From the NCBI GenBank assembly GCA_965220085.1, contig CBDCOZ010000003.1, positions 1,856,001 through 1,920,000 on the forward strand: 64,000 nucleotides of DNA, read 5' to 3'. The stretch comes from Candidatus Oxydemutatoraceae bacterium. Its GTDB lineage: Bacteria; Pseudomonadota; Gammaproteobacteria; Poriferisulfidales; Oxydemutatoraceae. A model generated the notes under the pieces. That model searched no databases. It was not told the DNA's origin and saw nothing but the letters and a program-made list of their open reading frames with translations. This document shows, piece by piece, positions 30,548-40,743 of the stretch (the stretch's first letter is position 1; each line of letters opens with the position of its first letter). The position numbers and the translations under genes were made by a program.

Positions 30548-32500
30548 ATGGCAAGCAATGCATTAAAAGATAATGAGGCAAAGGTAAAGAGCCTTCAGGA
30601 ATTCGTCGCTGAAGTTGAAAAGCCACAGGAAGAATCAACGACAACCTCAAAGATTGTTTACCGCGGTCAGGCTGGAAACTGGAAAGTAGAATCAAGCGCA
30701 TATCGGCGGCTTCATAGCAATGTCTCAGAACCATCCGCAGATGATTTAGTGAAATATCAGGAAGACCTTATTCACAAAGCCAGGCAATACGACATAGAGA
30801 TTAAAAACGACATGTCCGCCATCACCGTACTGTCAGAATTACAACATTATGGAGCGGCAACCAGTCTGCTTGATTTCACTAAGTCTGCTTTGATTGCCTT
30901 ATGGTTCGCCTGCCAACAGAGCAAAAGAGATAGTGAAGATCAAATGGATGAAATGGATGGAAAAGTATTTTGCCTAGATGTCTCTGACACCCGAAGGTTC
31001 CTACAGTTGAAAGGAAAAGAGCAGGAAAGCAGGCCTATCCGTGAAGTTTTAGAGTTGAAGTTCCAGAAAAAGGATGGGGATGATAATTCTATGCCTCTGG
31101 ACGGAGATTTAAATAAGGCTACGGCAATATGGGAACCCGCGATGGCAAACAACAGAATAATAAAGCAGGACAGTCTCTTTATCTTTAATAAAACAGGGAA
31201 GTTAGATACCACAATGTTTCAAAAAATACTTGTCATTCCGCCTGATTGTAAAGAGAAGATTCGCGAATCATTGAAAAATACAGCGGCCTTCTCAGAGGAA
31301 TCATTGTTTCCGGACTTTTACGGGTTTGCTCAGAATAATAGCTATGACATCCCTTACGGACCACAGACTGTGAAGGAATATATTGCATCCGGAATAGAGA
31401 GACTTCAGCAAAATGACATGAAGGAAGCCAAGAAATATTTTACGGTAGCAATCGAGCGTGAGCCACAGAATAGCTACGCATATGTCATCAGAGGAGTGGC
31501 AGAAAGGTGGCTCAAGCAATACAAGGAAGCCATCGCCGACTTTGATGAGGCAATCCGGCTTAGCCCACAGGATAGCTTGGCATACGCCCGAAGAGGAGAG
31601 ACAAAAAGATTACTCGGACAATACGAAGAAGCCATCGCCGACCACGATGAGGCAATCAGGCTTAACCCACAGGATAGCTTCGCTTATGCCGGCAGAGGAT
31701 TGGCAAAAAGATCGCTCAAGCAATACAAGGAAGCCATCGCCGACTACGATGAGGCAATCAGACTTAACCCACAGGATAGCTTCGCTTATGCCGACAGAGG
31801 ATTGGCAAAAAGATCGCTCAAGCAATACAAAGAAGCCATCGCCGACTACGATGAGGCAATCAGACTTAACCCACAGGATAGCTTCGCTTATGCCGACAGA
31901 GGATTGGCAAAAAGATCGCTCAAGCAATACAAAGAAGCCATCGCCGACTACGATGAGGCAATCAGGCTCAACCCGCAGGATAGCTTCGCTTATGCCGACA
32001 GAGGATTGGCAAAAAGATCGCTCAAGCAATACAAAGAAGCCATCGCCGACTACGATGAGGCAATCAGACTTAACCCACAGGATAGCTTCGCTTATGCCGA
32101 CAGAGGATTGGCAAAAAGATCGCTCAAGCAATACAAAGAAGCCATCGCCGACTACGATGAGGCAATCAGGCTCAACCCGCAGGATAGCTTCGCTTATGCC
32201 GACAGAGGAGATATAAAAAGAGAACTAAAACAATACGAAGAGGCTATCGATGACTACGATAAGGCAATAGAGATTGATCCGAAAAGTAGCTTCGCTTATG
32301 TCAGCAGAGGAGATGTAAAAAGGCTATTCAAGCAATACACAGAAGCCATTGCTGACTTCAATGAGGCACTCAAGATTAATCCACATGATAGCTTTGCACG
32401 TCTTTGCAAAGAACAAGCGGAGAAAGAGCGAATAGAAGAGATACGAATAGAAGAGATAGCGTCAGCCTTTGCAAAGAAAGCCTTAGGCCAGAAACCTTAG
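30548..32500 (+). CDS. FRG domain protein with C-terminal TPR array
   Basis: YRGQ, LQHYGAATSLLDFT, ALWFAC; about ten 34-aa TPRs. Confidence 0.9.
   Translation: MASNALKDNEAKVKSLQEFVAEVEKPQEESTTTSKIVYRGQAGNWKVESSAYRRLHSNVSEPSADDLVKYQEDLIHKARQYDIEIKNDMSAITVLSELQHYGAATSLLDFTKSALIALWFACQQSKRDSEDQMDEMDGKVFCLDVSDTRRFLQLKGKEQESRPIREVLELKFQKKDGDDNSMPLDGDLNKATAIWEPAMANNRIIKQDSLFIFNKTGKLDTTMFQKILVIPPDCKEKIRESLKNTAAFSEESLFPDFYGFAQNNSYDIPYGPQTVKEYIASGIERLQQNDMKEAKKYFTVAIEREPQNSYAYVIRGVAERWLKQYKEAIADFDEAIRLSPQDSLAYARRGETKRLLGQYEEAIADHDEAIRLNPQDSFAYAGRGLAKRSLKQYKEAIADYDEAIRLNPQDSFAYADRGLAKRSLKQYKEAIADYDEAIRLNPQDSFAYADRGLAKRSLKQYKEAIADYDEAIRLNPQDSFAYADRGLAKRSLKQYKEAIADYDEAIRLNPQDSFAYADRGLAKRSLKQYKEAIADYDEAIRLNPQDSFAYADRGDIKRELKQYEEAIDDYDKAIEIDPKSSFAYVSRGDVKRLFKQYTEAIADFNEALKINPHDSFARLCKEQAEKERIEEIRIEEIASAFAKKALGQKP
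31510..32210 (+). repeat. Near-identical 102-bp tandem repeats encoding TPR units
   Basis: About 6-7 copies of LKQYKEAIADYDEAIRLNPQDSFAYADRGLAKRS. Confidence 0.9.
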
Positions 32501-32669
32501 AAGCCACAGTCCTGCTACTTAACCAGCACTTAAGAATATTTCGTAGTGTTGCTTCAAGAAGAAACCCTTCAGCGTTACTAACCCAACACACCCAATTTTA
32601 GTATCCGCCCAGATATTCGCCGCAACAGTGCGCGAATAGCGCTGGCAGTATAGAAAAGCAAGATGCTTA

Positions 32670-33041
32670 TTATTGTATTGGGACTACAAAGCTTGCCGGA
32701 TAGGCTCTGTGCTTGTCGGTGATAGCATCGGTGATCCCTAAATCTAGGAACAATACGCTTGCGCCGAATTTAGCGCCCTCAATAGAACTCGGTATGGCAC
32801 CGGTGGCGTTATCTCCGTTATCCGTCTTGCACCTATACATCAGCGACTCATCATCCCTGCGAACATACAATGTGCTAGGAACATTAGCCGACCAAACACC
32901 GCGCTCGTTGCTCAAAGTGCATTCCCCTTCCGAACCATCGCTAAAGCTGATTGCTAACGGAACCATCGGATCATTTGTCAAAGTGGCACAACCGGTTAAT
33001 AAGATAGTCGCAACTAAAATATTAGTTAATCTTATTTGCAT
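32670..33041 (-). CDS. Putative lipoprotein
   Basis: Lipobox LLTGC, GGAG RBS. Confidence 0.8.
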   Translation of the reverse strand: MQIRLTNILVATILLTGCATLTNDPMVPLAISFSDGSEGECTLSNERGVWSANVPSTLYVRRDDESLMYRCKTDNGDNATGAIPSSIEGAKFGASVLFLDLGITDAITDKHRAYPASFVVPIQ

Positions 33042-33073
33042 TGGATTCTCCTTGTTTCTTATTATGAGAAATT

Positions 33074-33172
33074 AAAAAAAAGCCACGGTCACAACTCGGT
33101 GCCGTGGCACCCGCGGCCGGAGGCCTTGGGAAGTTTCTAGATGATTATCAAATATTGCCGCTATGCTGTCAA
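33074..33172 (-). promoter_or_regulatory. Promoter followed by an intrinsic terminator-like hairpin in the leader of the lipoprotein gene
   Basis: TTGACA-N17-GATAAT (33172..33144); GCCACGG/CCGTGGC stem (33082..33108) followed by T8. Confidence 0.55.
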
Positions 33173-33416
33173 ACTTCTAAGCCTCAATGCTTGGCTCAAA
33201 CTCGCTGCTCAGCCAGCGCTTAAAAACGTGTCAAAGTGTTGTTTCAAGCGGTCGCAATCCGGACGATTCTCCGATTGGCGCGACAGGTGAATGCGCCGTT
33301 CGTTCATCTCTTGAAAGCCATGTTTCAGCATCGGCTCATCGTGCTATTCCAAAAGCCTCGGCTAGCGACACGCGAACGGCGCCAATTTATTGGCTTGCTT
33401 GCGCGGCAACCGGAAA

Positions 33417-33584
33417 CTACTGTCTTGCAAAGGCCGAAGCAGGTCTTAGGTTATAACCCTGCTTTTTTGCTATGCCCTCCTCACACAGACGTTTGTAATA
33501 CGCTTCTTGCGACTTAAGTTTCTCCGGATCATGCACGGTTCTTTCCTTCACAATCCTCTTTACTTCATCGGCTATCTTAGTCAT
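33417..33584 (-). CDS. Small hypothetical protein (55 aa)
   Basis: MTKIADEVKRIVKERTVHDPEKLKSQEAYYKRLCEEGIAKKQGYNLRPASAFARQ with AAGGAG RBS. Confidence 0.55.
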   Translation of the reverse strand: MTKIADEVKRIVKERTVHDPEKLKSQEAYYKRLCEEGIAKKQGYNLRPASAFARQ

Positions 33585-33723
33585 TGGCTTCTCCTTTGTG
33601 TTTCATTTGGGGATAATTCTTCTGTTTGGCGCTTCCGTCCTCGCTCAGAACTCAATCAGATCAAAATACATCATCCGAGCATCGGCATCTTTGTCTTCTG
33701 TTGAGCCGCTCTAACTGCAAAGG

Positions 33724-33894
33724 CTACTTCTCGGGTATCTTTATCTCTATCGACTCGTATGCTTTCTGAGCCCTGAGATATTCCTCTCGGGACACCTTGC
33801 GCTTTCCGGCTTCGGCCTCCTTCATTCTTTCGTCAAAACGCCGGGCATCTTCTCCGGTAAGAATAGGCGTCTCTTTAATAGGCATGGCCATCAT
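33724..33894 (-). CDS. Small PIKETP-type protein (putative antitoxin; GNAT-like C-terminal remnant RMMYFDL lies just downstream)
   Basis: MMAMPIKETPILTGEDARRFDERM...; paralogous pieces at 48443..48599, 51022..51093 and 61073..61102. Confidence 0.6.
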   Translation of the reverse strand: MMAMPIKETPILTGEDARRFDERMKEAEAGKRKVSREEYLRAQKAYESIEIKIPEK

Positions 33895-34129
33895 ATTCTC
33901 CTCTTTTGTATGCATTGGTATTTGTGAGCGGCTCTTCCGCCCCTGACAGTGGTCACACTCAAACTCCGGCGGAAACAATTTATAAACCGCGCCGTTTGAC
34001 TCTCCCCAACCATCTGCGAATCCAATATGTAACAGAATGTCACTACATTGTCAACACATTTTTCCCCAACCATCTGCGAATCTCAGCATATAACAGAAGG
34101 CGCCGATACGATCCACATCGGCGGGCGCA

Positions 34130-34250
34130 GAGCCGACGCACAGTCTTTAAGCGCATGCCAAGCGTTCGCAACTTGCGCTTCACGGCGGGAGCAGCCTTCA
34201 GTACCGGCGCGGGCATTCGCAGTGCCTGCGCCACATATTCCCGCAAGTAT
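34130..34250 (-). pseudogene. 5' fragment copy of the HipB-like HTH gene
   Basis: MPAPVLKAAPAVKRKLRTLGMRLKT nearly identical to the start of 38708..39010. Confidence 0.7.
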
Positions 34251-34478
34251 GCACTCCTCTTGTTGCTGTCGGGAATCCGCAATGTTTGCGGCATTGCTCG
34301 CCTGCCTCCCCTTTGTGCGCCCCACAACGCTCGCCTCCTCCGGTGCGCCTGCGGGGGGCAGTGCGAGAGGAGCGTATCGGGGTAGTTGCCGCCAGGCTAC
34401 CGCCAGTCAGCCCCCTTGGCTCGCCGACGCTCCCGCAAAGGGAGCGTGGGCGCAAGTCTTGCGAGGGGATGGCTCGCG

Positions 34479-36815
34479 CTATCGCAGCGGGCCTTCGAGG
34501 AAGAGGCGCAACCGCAAGCGTATGGCTGTGGCTGTGACGCTCAGACTGTAAGCTCCCGTTATCGAGCTGCTCTGGCCGGAAATGCTTATGAAATAAGTGC
34601 CCGCGCCAAGAGCGCTTTCAATCCTGAAGTTATCGCCTGTGCCGTTGCCATCATCAGATGCCAATTCTGTGCCCGCGCTGTTCTGCAGTTCTCCATATGT
34701 GTCAGTTGCGCCTGTGGTTTCAATAATGACCGTTGAGGGCGAAGCCAGCGTAAAACTGTAGTAATCAACCTCCGCCGGCGCCGAGAGGGCCCCTGATACG
34801 GGGGTTCCCACTGTGACTGCGGTTGCATCCTCCGCTGTGACGCTCAGACTGTAATTGCCTGTTGCGGAGAACCAGCCGGCAACTCTTATGTAATAAACGC
34901 CGGCGCCAAGAGCTCTTTCAATCCTGAAGTTGACGCCTGTGCCGCCATCGTCATCAGATGCCAACTCTGTGCCCGCGCTGTCCTGTAGCAATCCAAATGT
35001 GTCAGTTGCGCCTGCGGTTTCAATAGTGACCACTGAGGGCGAAGTCAGCGTAAGACTGTAGTAATCAGCATCCCCTGCCGCTGAGATGCCCCCTGATGCG
35101 GGGGTTCCCGCTGTGACTGCGATTACACTCTCCTCTGTGACGCTCAGACTGTAAGCTCCTGTTGCAGTCTGGCCGGCAACTCTTATGTAATAAGCGCCGG
35201 CGCCAAGATATCTGATGATCCTGAAGTTGTTGCCTGTGCCGTCATCACTATCAGATTCCAATTCTGTGCCCGCGCTGTCCTGCAGTTGCCCCGCTGTGTC
35301 AGTTGTGCCTGTGGTTGCAATGGTGACCACTGAGGGCGAGGCCAGCGTAAAACTGTAGTAATCAACATCCCCCACCGGTGAGATGGAATCTGATGCGGGG
35401 GTTCCCGCTGTTAATGCGGTTGCGCCATCTCTTGTGAAGTCGCTATCGGCTGTGGCCGCTACGCTCAGACTGTAATTTCCTGTTACAGAGCTGCTCTGGC
35501 CGGCAACTCTTATGAAATAAGCGCCGGCGCCAAGAGTCCATTCAATCCTGAAGTTGCTGCCTGTGCCGTCATCACTATCAAATTCCAAGAGGCCGCCCGC
35601 GCTGTCCTGCAGTTGCCCCGCCGTATCAGTTGCGCCCGTGGTTTCAATAGTGACCGCTGAAGCCGAGGCCAGCGTAAAACTGTAGAGATCAACATGCCCC
35701 GCCGGTGAGATGGCCCCTGATGCAGGGGTTCCCAATGTTACTGCGGTCGCACTCTCCCCTGTTACGCTCAGACTGTAATTTCCTGTTATATTGTTGCCCT
35801 GGCCTTGGACTCTTACGAAATAAGCGCCCGCGCCAAGAACTCTTTCAATCCTGAAGTTGTTGCCCGCACCGTCGCTATCATCAAATTCCAAGGAGTTGCC
35901 CGCACTGTCCTCCAGTCGCCCCGCCGTATCAGTTGCGCCTGTGGTTTCAATGGTGACCACTGAGGGCGAGGCCAGCGTAAACCTGTAGAAATCAACATCC
36001 GCCGGTGAGATGGCCCCTGATGCGGGGGTTCCCACTGTTACTGCGATTGCGCCATCTCTTGTGAAGTCGCTATCGGCTGTGGCTGCTACGCTCAGGCTGT
36101 AATTTCCTGTTACCGAGCTGCTCTGGCCGGAAACTCTTATGAAATAAGCGCCGGCGCCAAGAGTCCATTCAATCCTGAAGTTGCTGCCTGTGCCGTCATC
36201 ACTATCAAATTCCACGAGGCTGCCCGCGCTGTTCTGCAGTCGCCCTGCCGTATCAGTTGCGCCTGTGGTTTCAATAGTGACCGCTGAGGGCGAGGCCAGC
36301 GTGAAACTGTAGAAATCAACATCTCCCCCCGGTGAGATGGCCCCTGATACCGGGGTTCCCAATGTTACTGCGATTGCAGTGGCTCTGTCGTCATCTGTCG
36401 CTATCGCCCGTATGTCGTCGTCGACGGGCCCGGCCTGTCCGTCTTTGCCGGGCGCTTGCCGGTGCGGAGCCTCGCCGGTGTCAGCGGTATAGATGATCGT
36501 CGGGGGATTGTTGACAGAGTTGGCAGCGCCGTCAATCTCGCCGCTTGTCATGCCCCGGGCGGGGCTGAGGGTGGCGGTGCCATCGGCATAGGCTATGGCA
36601 CCCATGGCACCCATGGCACCCATGGCACCCTGGGCACCCTGGGCACTCTGGGCGGCGGCAAGCGCACTGTCCTCAATGGGGCCCACTATCGTCAAGTCGG
36701 CGCTGTCCGCCGTCGTGACGACCAGTGCGCCAGTGGCGAGGCTATTAGCCTGCGCCTGCGCACAGACAACAAACAGGCCCGGCAGAATAAGCGACCAGAG
36801 ACTGCGCCGGGTCAT
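34479..36815 (-). CDS. Secreted protein with about six PPC-like repeats and C-terminal RLRLFLEGPLR motif
   Basis: MTRRSL...AQAQA signal; repeats G.IS..GDVDFYSFTL...TTGATDT.G.L...DDDG.G.NFRI..L.AG.Y.IRV. Confidence 0.88.
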   Translation of the reverse strand: MTRRSLWSLILPGLFVVCAQAQANSLATGALVVTTADSADLTIVGPIEDSALAAAQSAQGAQGAMGAMGAMGAIAYADGTATLSPARGMTSGEIDGAANSVNNPPTIIYTADTGEAPHRQAPGKDGQAGPVDDDIRAIATDDDRATAIAVTLGTPVSGAISPGGDVDFYSFTLASPSAVTIETTGATDTAGRLQNSAGSLVEFDSDDGTGSNFRIEWTLGAGAYFIRVSGQSSSVTGNYSLSVAATADSDFTRDGAIAVTVGTPASGAISPADVDFYRFTLASPSVVTIETTGATDTAGRLEDSAGNSLEFDDSDGAGNNFRIERVLGAGAYFVRVQGQGNNITGNYSLSVTGESATAVTLGTPASGAISPAGHVDLYSFTLASASAVTIETTGATDTAGQLQDSAGGLLEFDSDDGTGSNFRIEWTLGAGAYFIRVAGQSSSVTGNYSLSVAATADSDFTRDGATALTAGTPASDSISPVGDVDYYSFTLASPSVVTIATTGTTDTAGQLQDSAGTELESDSDDGTGNNFRIIRYLGAGAYYIRVAGQTATGAYSLSVTEESVIAVTAGTPASGGISAAGDADYYSLTLTSPSVVTIETAGATDTFGLLQDSAGTELASDDDGGTGVNFRIERALGAGVYYIRVAGWFSATGNYSLSVTAEDATAVTVGTPVSGALSAPAEVDYYSFTLASPSTVIIETTGATDTYGELQNSAGTELASDDGNGTGDNFRIESALGAGTYFISISGQSSSITGAYSLSVTATAIRLRLRLFLEGPLR

Positions 36816-36833
36816 TGTTGCCCACCAATGCGA

Positions 36834-36848
36834 GGGGGGGGGGGGGGG
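36834..36848. repeat. G15 homopolymer between upstream ATG (36873) and the MTRRSL reading frame
   Basis: 58 nt between the ATGs; loss of one G would restore MKRQIYNNTPPPPSHWWATMTRRSL. Confidence 0.75.
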
Positions 36849-37479
36849 TATTATTATATATTTGTCTTTTCATGCTGTTTTCTTGGCTCATGGTTTTACT
36901 CCAGATGTTTATCCTGCATCTCGTAAACGCAGTTATATATATTAATGAGCGCCGATATTCTTAGCGCCGTGCCCTATCACAAAGTGCGAGTCATTTGCAA
37001 ATGCCGGTACCTCCCGTGTTTAAACGCAATTTACAACGAGTGTCGCACTATACCACAAAGCAAGCCCTTTGCAAGTTGCGCCAACCCGACAATGGTTTTG
37101 CCAGCGATTGAGTCGCACTATAGCACAAAGCGCAAGCCCTTTGCAAGCGCTTTTTTGTCAAGTCTTGGCGACCGCCTCCGGCGGCCAGTTGCGGCGTCGT
37201 TGCCGATGTGTTGCTATTGCCTGTCTGCTATGTTTCTTGTCGCTACCAGCAATCTAATGGCTCCGACCAGAGCCCCGCAAAATGCTTGTCGGCTACGTTT
37301 CTTGTCGCTACCGGGAATCCGCAATGTTTGCGGCATTGCTCGCCTGCCTCCCCTTTGTGCGCCCCACAACACTCCCCTCCTCAGGTGCGCCTGCGGGGGT
37401 GGTGCGAGAGGAGCGTGTCGGGAGGCTACCGACAAGCCGCAATGTCTCCGGCATTATCAAGCCCGAATATTGCCGGCGG

Positions 37480-38715
37480 CTACAACGCCAGCGCATATCT
37501 CAAGTCCTCGTGCTCAAAAGCGGAAACCATCTGATTGATTTCCGCCGCGGGGGCTTGTCGGCGCTTGGCGTATGCGCGCCAGTCCCGAACCACCGCGGCG
37601 CATTCGCGTATCACGCGATTGCCATCGGACGGGCGCAGGAAATATTCCGCGACATCCTGCAACAATTGCAAAGAAGCTGTCGCATCGTCAAAATTAATTC
37701 GCGTCTTGAGAATGCGCGGCGCATTCGCAACCGGGTTCAAATCATAACAGGGGCTGAGCGTCCAACCGCGGCGCCCGAAGCGGAGAAACCCGTGATTGCG
37801 CAGATGGTCGTCCGCGTTGCTAATCAAAATGCCAAAAGCCATCCGGCGAAAGAGCTCCGCCCTGTCGCGGGCCGGCGCCGCTCCGTGATGGGCAATCACA
37901 TCGGCGATCTCAAGATAGCTGGCATCTTCGTCGCCGTCGCTGTGCTCGGTCATGGTCATAGCGCTGGCGAACGGGATGCGCCGCGCTCCGGCGCGGTCAA
38001 AACGCTTGGTCATAAAGATTGGCCCATACGGGCTTTCTACCAAATCGTGCTCGTTTGCCGTGATGCCGCAATCCTTGGCCATATCAAGGGCAATCGCCTC
38101 CCAGCGCGGGATTGAATATTGATCCGTCTCTCTGGGAAACTTTGCAATGGAAAGATGCCCGTGCCGATCGATGATCGAAGCCTTCGGGCGGGCGCCGCCA
38201 AGAGAAGAACCCGGCGCAAAAATCAAAAGGAGATCCGCATCGGCCTCCTCGCCGCGCAACACCCGTTGCGAAGCCAGCAAGAGATCGCCAAGGGCGGTTG
38301 TGGTTGGCACACCATGCGGTTGCGGCGCCTGAAATTCTTCCTCGCCTTCAAACCGAAACCGAAAAGCACCAATACGAGCCACATCAGATACACCAAGCAG
38401 GTAGTCAGTCTCTTGTAAAGTTCTGAACGGGCGACTTTCGTGGTCTGCGGTGCGACGCGCGGCGCGGCGCATGAGCTCGCGCCCCCATGTGTCGGGAGCG
38501 CTATCGCCAAAGGCTGCGAACATCTCTTTGCTGTCGGGGGTGGGGCCTTGAACCAGTGGCAAAGCAGGGTCAAACTGAAACGCATCCGGGGAAGCCAGCC
38601 AGTCGGGGTCGTGCTCGTAAGTTACACGTTCCCGGCGCGCGCCCGCATAACGTCTGAGCAAACCCACTCGGCGGCTCCGACCGCAGGCGTTTAGAAAGAC
38701 TTCGATATTACGCAC
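37480..38715 (-). CDS. hipA: HipA-family toxin (Ser/Thr kinase)
   Basis: DSAPDTWGR, GSSLGGARPKAS, NADDHLRNHGF, LSPCYDLNP; GTG start overlapping the antitoxin stop. Confidence 0.9.
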   Translation of the reverse strand: MRNIEVFLNACGRSRRVGLLRRYAGARRERVTYEHDPDWLASPDAFQFDPALPLVQGPTPDSKEMFAAFGDSAPDTWGRELMRRAARRTADHESRPFRTLQETDYLLGVSDVARIGAFRFRFEGEEEFQAPQPHGVPTTTALGDLLLASQRVLRGEEADADLLLIFAPGSSLGGARPKASIIDRHGHLSIAKFPRETDQYSIPRWEAIALDMAKDCGITANEHDLVESPYGPIFMTKRFDRAGARRIPFASAMTMTEHSDGDEDASYLEIADVIAHHGAAPARDRAELFRRMAFGILISNADDHLRNHGFLRFGRRGWTLSPCYDLNPVANAPRILKTRINFDDATASLQLLQDVAEYFLRPSDGNRVIRECAAVVRDWRAYAKRRQAPAAEINQMVSAFEHEDLRYALAL

Positions 38716-39010
38716 GCCGATGCGCCCGTTTCGGAAGTCGCTCGGCGATAAGTTGCTCGCCCAGCGGGTCTTTGATATCGCCAAACTCCCCGAGCAGGCC
38801 GAGCGCATGGAGCGCCAACAGGTAAGAGCCGATGCGCACATTCGGGTCGCCGCGCTCCATTCTATAGAGTGTGCTGCGCGTCGTTCCGGCGCGCTCGGCG
38901 ACGAGCTCCATCGGCAGGCGCCGAAGTTGGCGCGCAGTCTTTAAGCGCATGCCAAGCGTTCGCAACTTGCGCTTCACGGCGGGGGTGGTTTTCAATACTG
39001 GAGCGGGCAT
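38708..39010 (-). CDS. XRE-family HTH antitoxin (HipB-like)
   Basis: VAERAGTTRSTLYRMERGDP; directly upstream of hipA. Confidence 0.85.
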   Translation of the reverse strand: MPAPVLKTTPAVKRKLRTLGMRLKTARQLRRLPMELVAERAGTTRSTLYRMERGDPNVRIGSYLLALHALGLLGEFGDIKDPLGEQLIAERLPKRAHRRA

Positions 39011-39074
39011 TCGTATTACCGGTGTTACATATTCCCGTAATATGTACTACAAATGATACAAAATAGCAAGCCGG

Positions 39075-40012
39075 CGTGCGATGCCATGGCATATTGGACA
39101 CCTGGGGCAGATGTTTTGTAATTTGTGCCATAGGCGCTTGAAGCCTCAGTCCGTAGTGTGGTCTCTGGGTGTGAAACCATGACAGATACTTTATCCGACG
39201 AGCACGGAATGTCCGAATATTTGGTCCGCAACTTAACGCGCATTCCGCGCAGACGCGTGACGAGCGCGGATTGTCCGAATATTCGGTCCGCAACAAACCC
39301 TCTTCAAACTCTGCAAACTCTGCAAACTCTTCCTGAGTCGCGCGGTGAAAGCGTTCCTTGAGCCTTCATCTTCGGGCATCCGGGGCATGTGTGGCAACGG
39401 CGATACCCTGCTCGCAGGCAGCGATCAAACGCGCCGCAAAACTCCGAACCGTTGTCGGTGAGCGCTTGCTCTGTCTTGCCGGGAAAAACTTGCCTCGCCA
39501 GTTCCATAAAGAAGTTGGCGGCGGCGCTACTGCCACAATAGGCGGCGATAGCGAAGCGGCTATGCGGTTATGGTACGCGGACATGGTACGCAAACATGGT
39601 ACGCAAACATGGTACGCAAACAATATTTGGTGCGCGCCGCAGGGATAGCTTCGGGGGACAGTGTTCTCATCGTCGGCGAATCTCGGCGACCGCCTCCGGC
39701 GGCCAGTTGCGGCGGCGAGGGCGGTATGGGACAGTATTGGTTAAGCCGTTCATGCCATCGCACTGATATTTTTCCGCCACGCATACCGTGATGAGCGGCC
39801 GATATGACAAGTGTTCATACCGGCTTTTATGCCATGTTTCTCCCATCGCGTAAGCGCTTCAAGTTTCGGTCGCAGGACTCATAGTTGCCTCCTTTCGTGT
39901 GGAAGCAACTATTTTATGGAAACCTTTGACACCGCAGCCGATGCGCTGATGTTGCATGCCGGCTATGTTTTCGGTTGAAGCCGGGAATCCGGAATGCTTC
40001 CGGCATTATGCA
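39075..40012 (-). mobile_element. Degenerate IS481-family element
   Basis: Both ends match the intact copy at 61103..62183; fragments LTDNGSEFCGAFD and WFHTQRPHYGLRLQ; internal deletions and short tandem repeats. Confidence 0.8.
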
Positions 40013-40099
40013 AAAATGATTTTATAGCAAAGGTCTTGCGGGACCTGCGCGCGTCCCGGCAAACCCTCCGCATTTGGCAGGTTAGCCCGCCCCAAACTA

Positions 40100-40492
40100 T
40101 CAGCGCGGCGCGCAATTGCCTTTGTAAAAAGCGGCCAGATCTTCCTGAGATACCCGCCCGGCGGCGACATTCTCAAAAAGGGTGATTTGCGCGGATACAT
40201 CAGAAACTGGCAATTTGTATCCATTCGCCTGCAAAAACAAACCGGCGACCGAATATGCGGTGCGCTTGTTGCCGTCAATAAAGGCGTGGTTGCGAGCAAT
40301 GCCAATCGCATAAGCCGCCGCAAGCCGGAATATATCCGCTTCGCCATAAGCAAATAAATTCTCAGCCCGTGCCAATGCCGATTCAAGCAAGCCCGCATCT
40401 CTTATGCCTGCGCTTCCGCCATGGCGCTCAATAGAGCGCTCATGAATATGCAGTGCCTGGTCTTTGCTTATCCATTCCGGCGCGCGGGTCAC
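40100..40492 (-). CDS. doc: Death-on-curing (Doc/Fic) toxin
   Basis: GIRDAGLLESALAR, NHAFIDGNKRTA. Confidence 0.9.
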   Translation of the reverse strand: MTRAPEWISKDQALHIHERSIERHGGSAGIRDAGLLESALARAENLFAYGEADIFRLAAAYAIGIARNHAFIDGNKRTAYSVAGLFLQANGYKLPVSDVSAQITLFENVAAGRVSQEDLAAFYKGNCAPR

Positions 40493-40743
40493 TTAGCCAG
40501 CCCGTCCAACACATCGGCGTGGTCGTTCATAAAGCTGTCAACATCGCTTTTGAATGAATCGGATGTTTTGCCCTGATAGGCATAGCGGCTATTTTTGTAT
40601 TCAAGGAATGCCCGATACTCAGCCGCCGATAGCAAAACAACGCTTGGTCTGCCATTGCTAGTTACGCTGACTGGCTCGCGCTGGGCGAGTTCTTTGTACT
40701 TCCCAAAATTCTTCTGAAACTCTGATGATGTCACACGCGACAT
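40489..40743 (-). CDS. phd: Phd/YefM family antitoxin
   Basis: VTSSEFQKNFGKY...PVSVTSNGRPSVVLLSAAEY. Confidence 0.88.
   Translation of the reverse strand: MSRVTSSEFQKNFGKYKELAQREPVSVTSNGRPSVVLLSAAEYRAFLEYKNSRYAYQGKTSDSFKSDVDSFMNDHADVLDGLAK

Noticed and set aside
33082-33108. GGCACCGAGT resemblance to a Cas9 tracrRNA tail
   Set aside because: Short match, no cas9 or anti-repeat, and Cas12a needs no tracrRNA
34001-34083. Two copies of CCCCAACCATCTGCGAATC 60 bp apart as a mini-CRISPR
   Set aside because: Only two short copies, unrelated to the Cas12a repeat
36594-36650. QGAQGAMGAMGAMGA as a collagen domain
   Set aside because: Only about five triplets from a 9-bp microsatellite; too short for a triple helix
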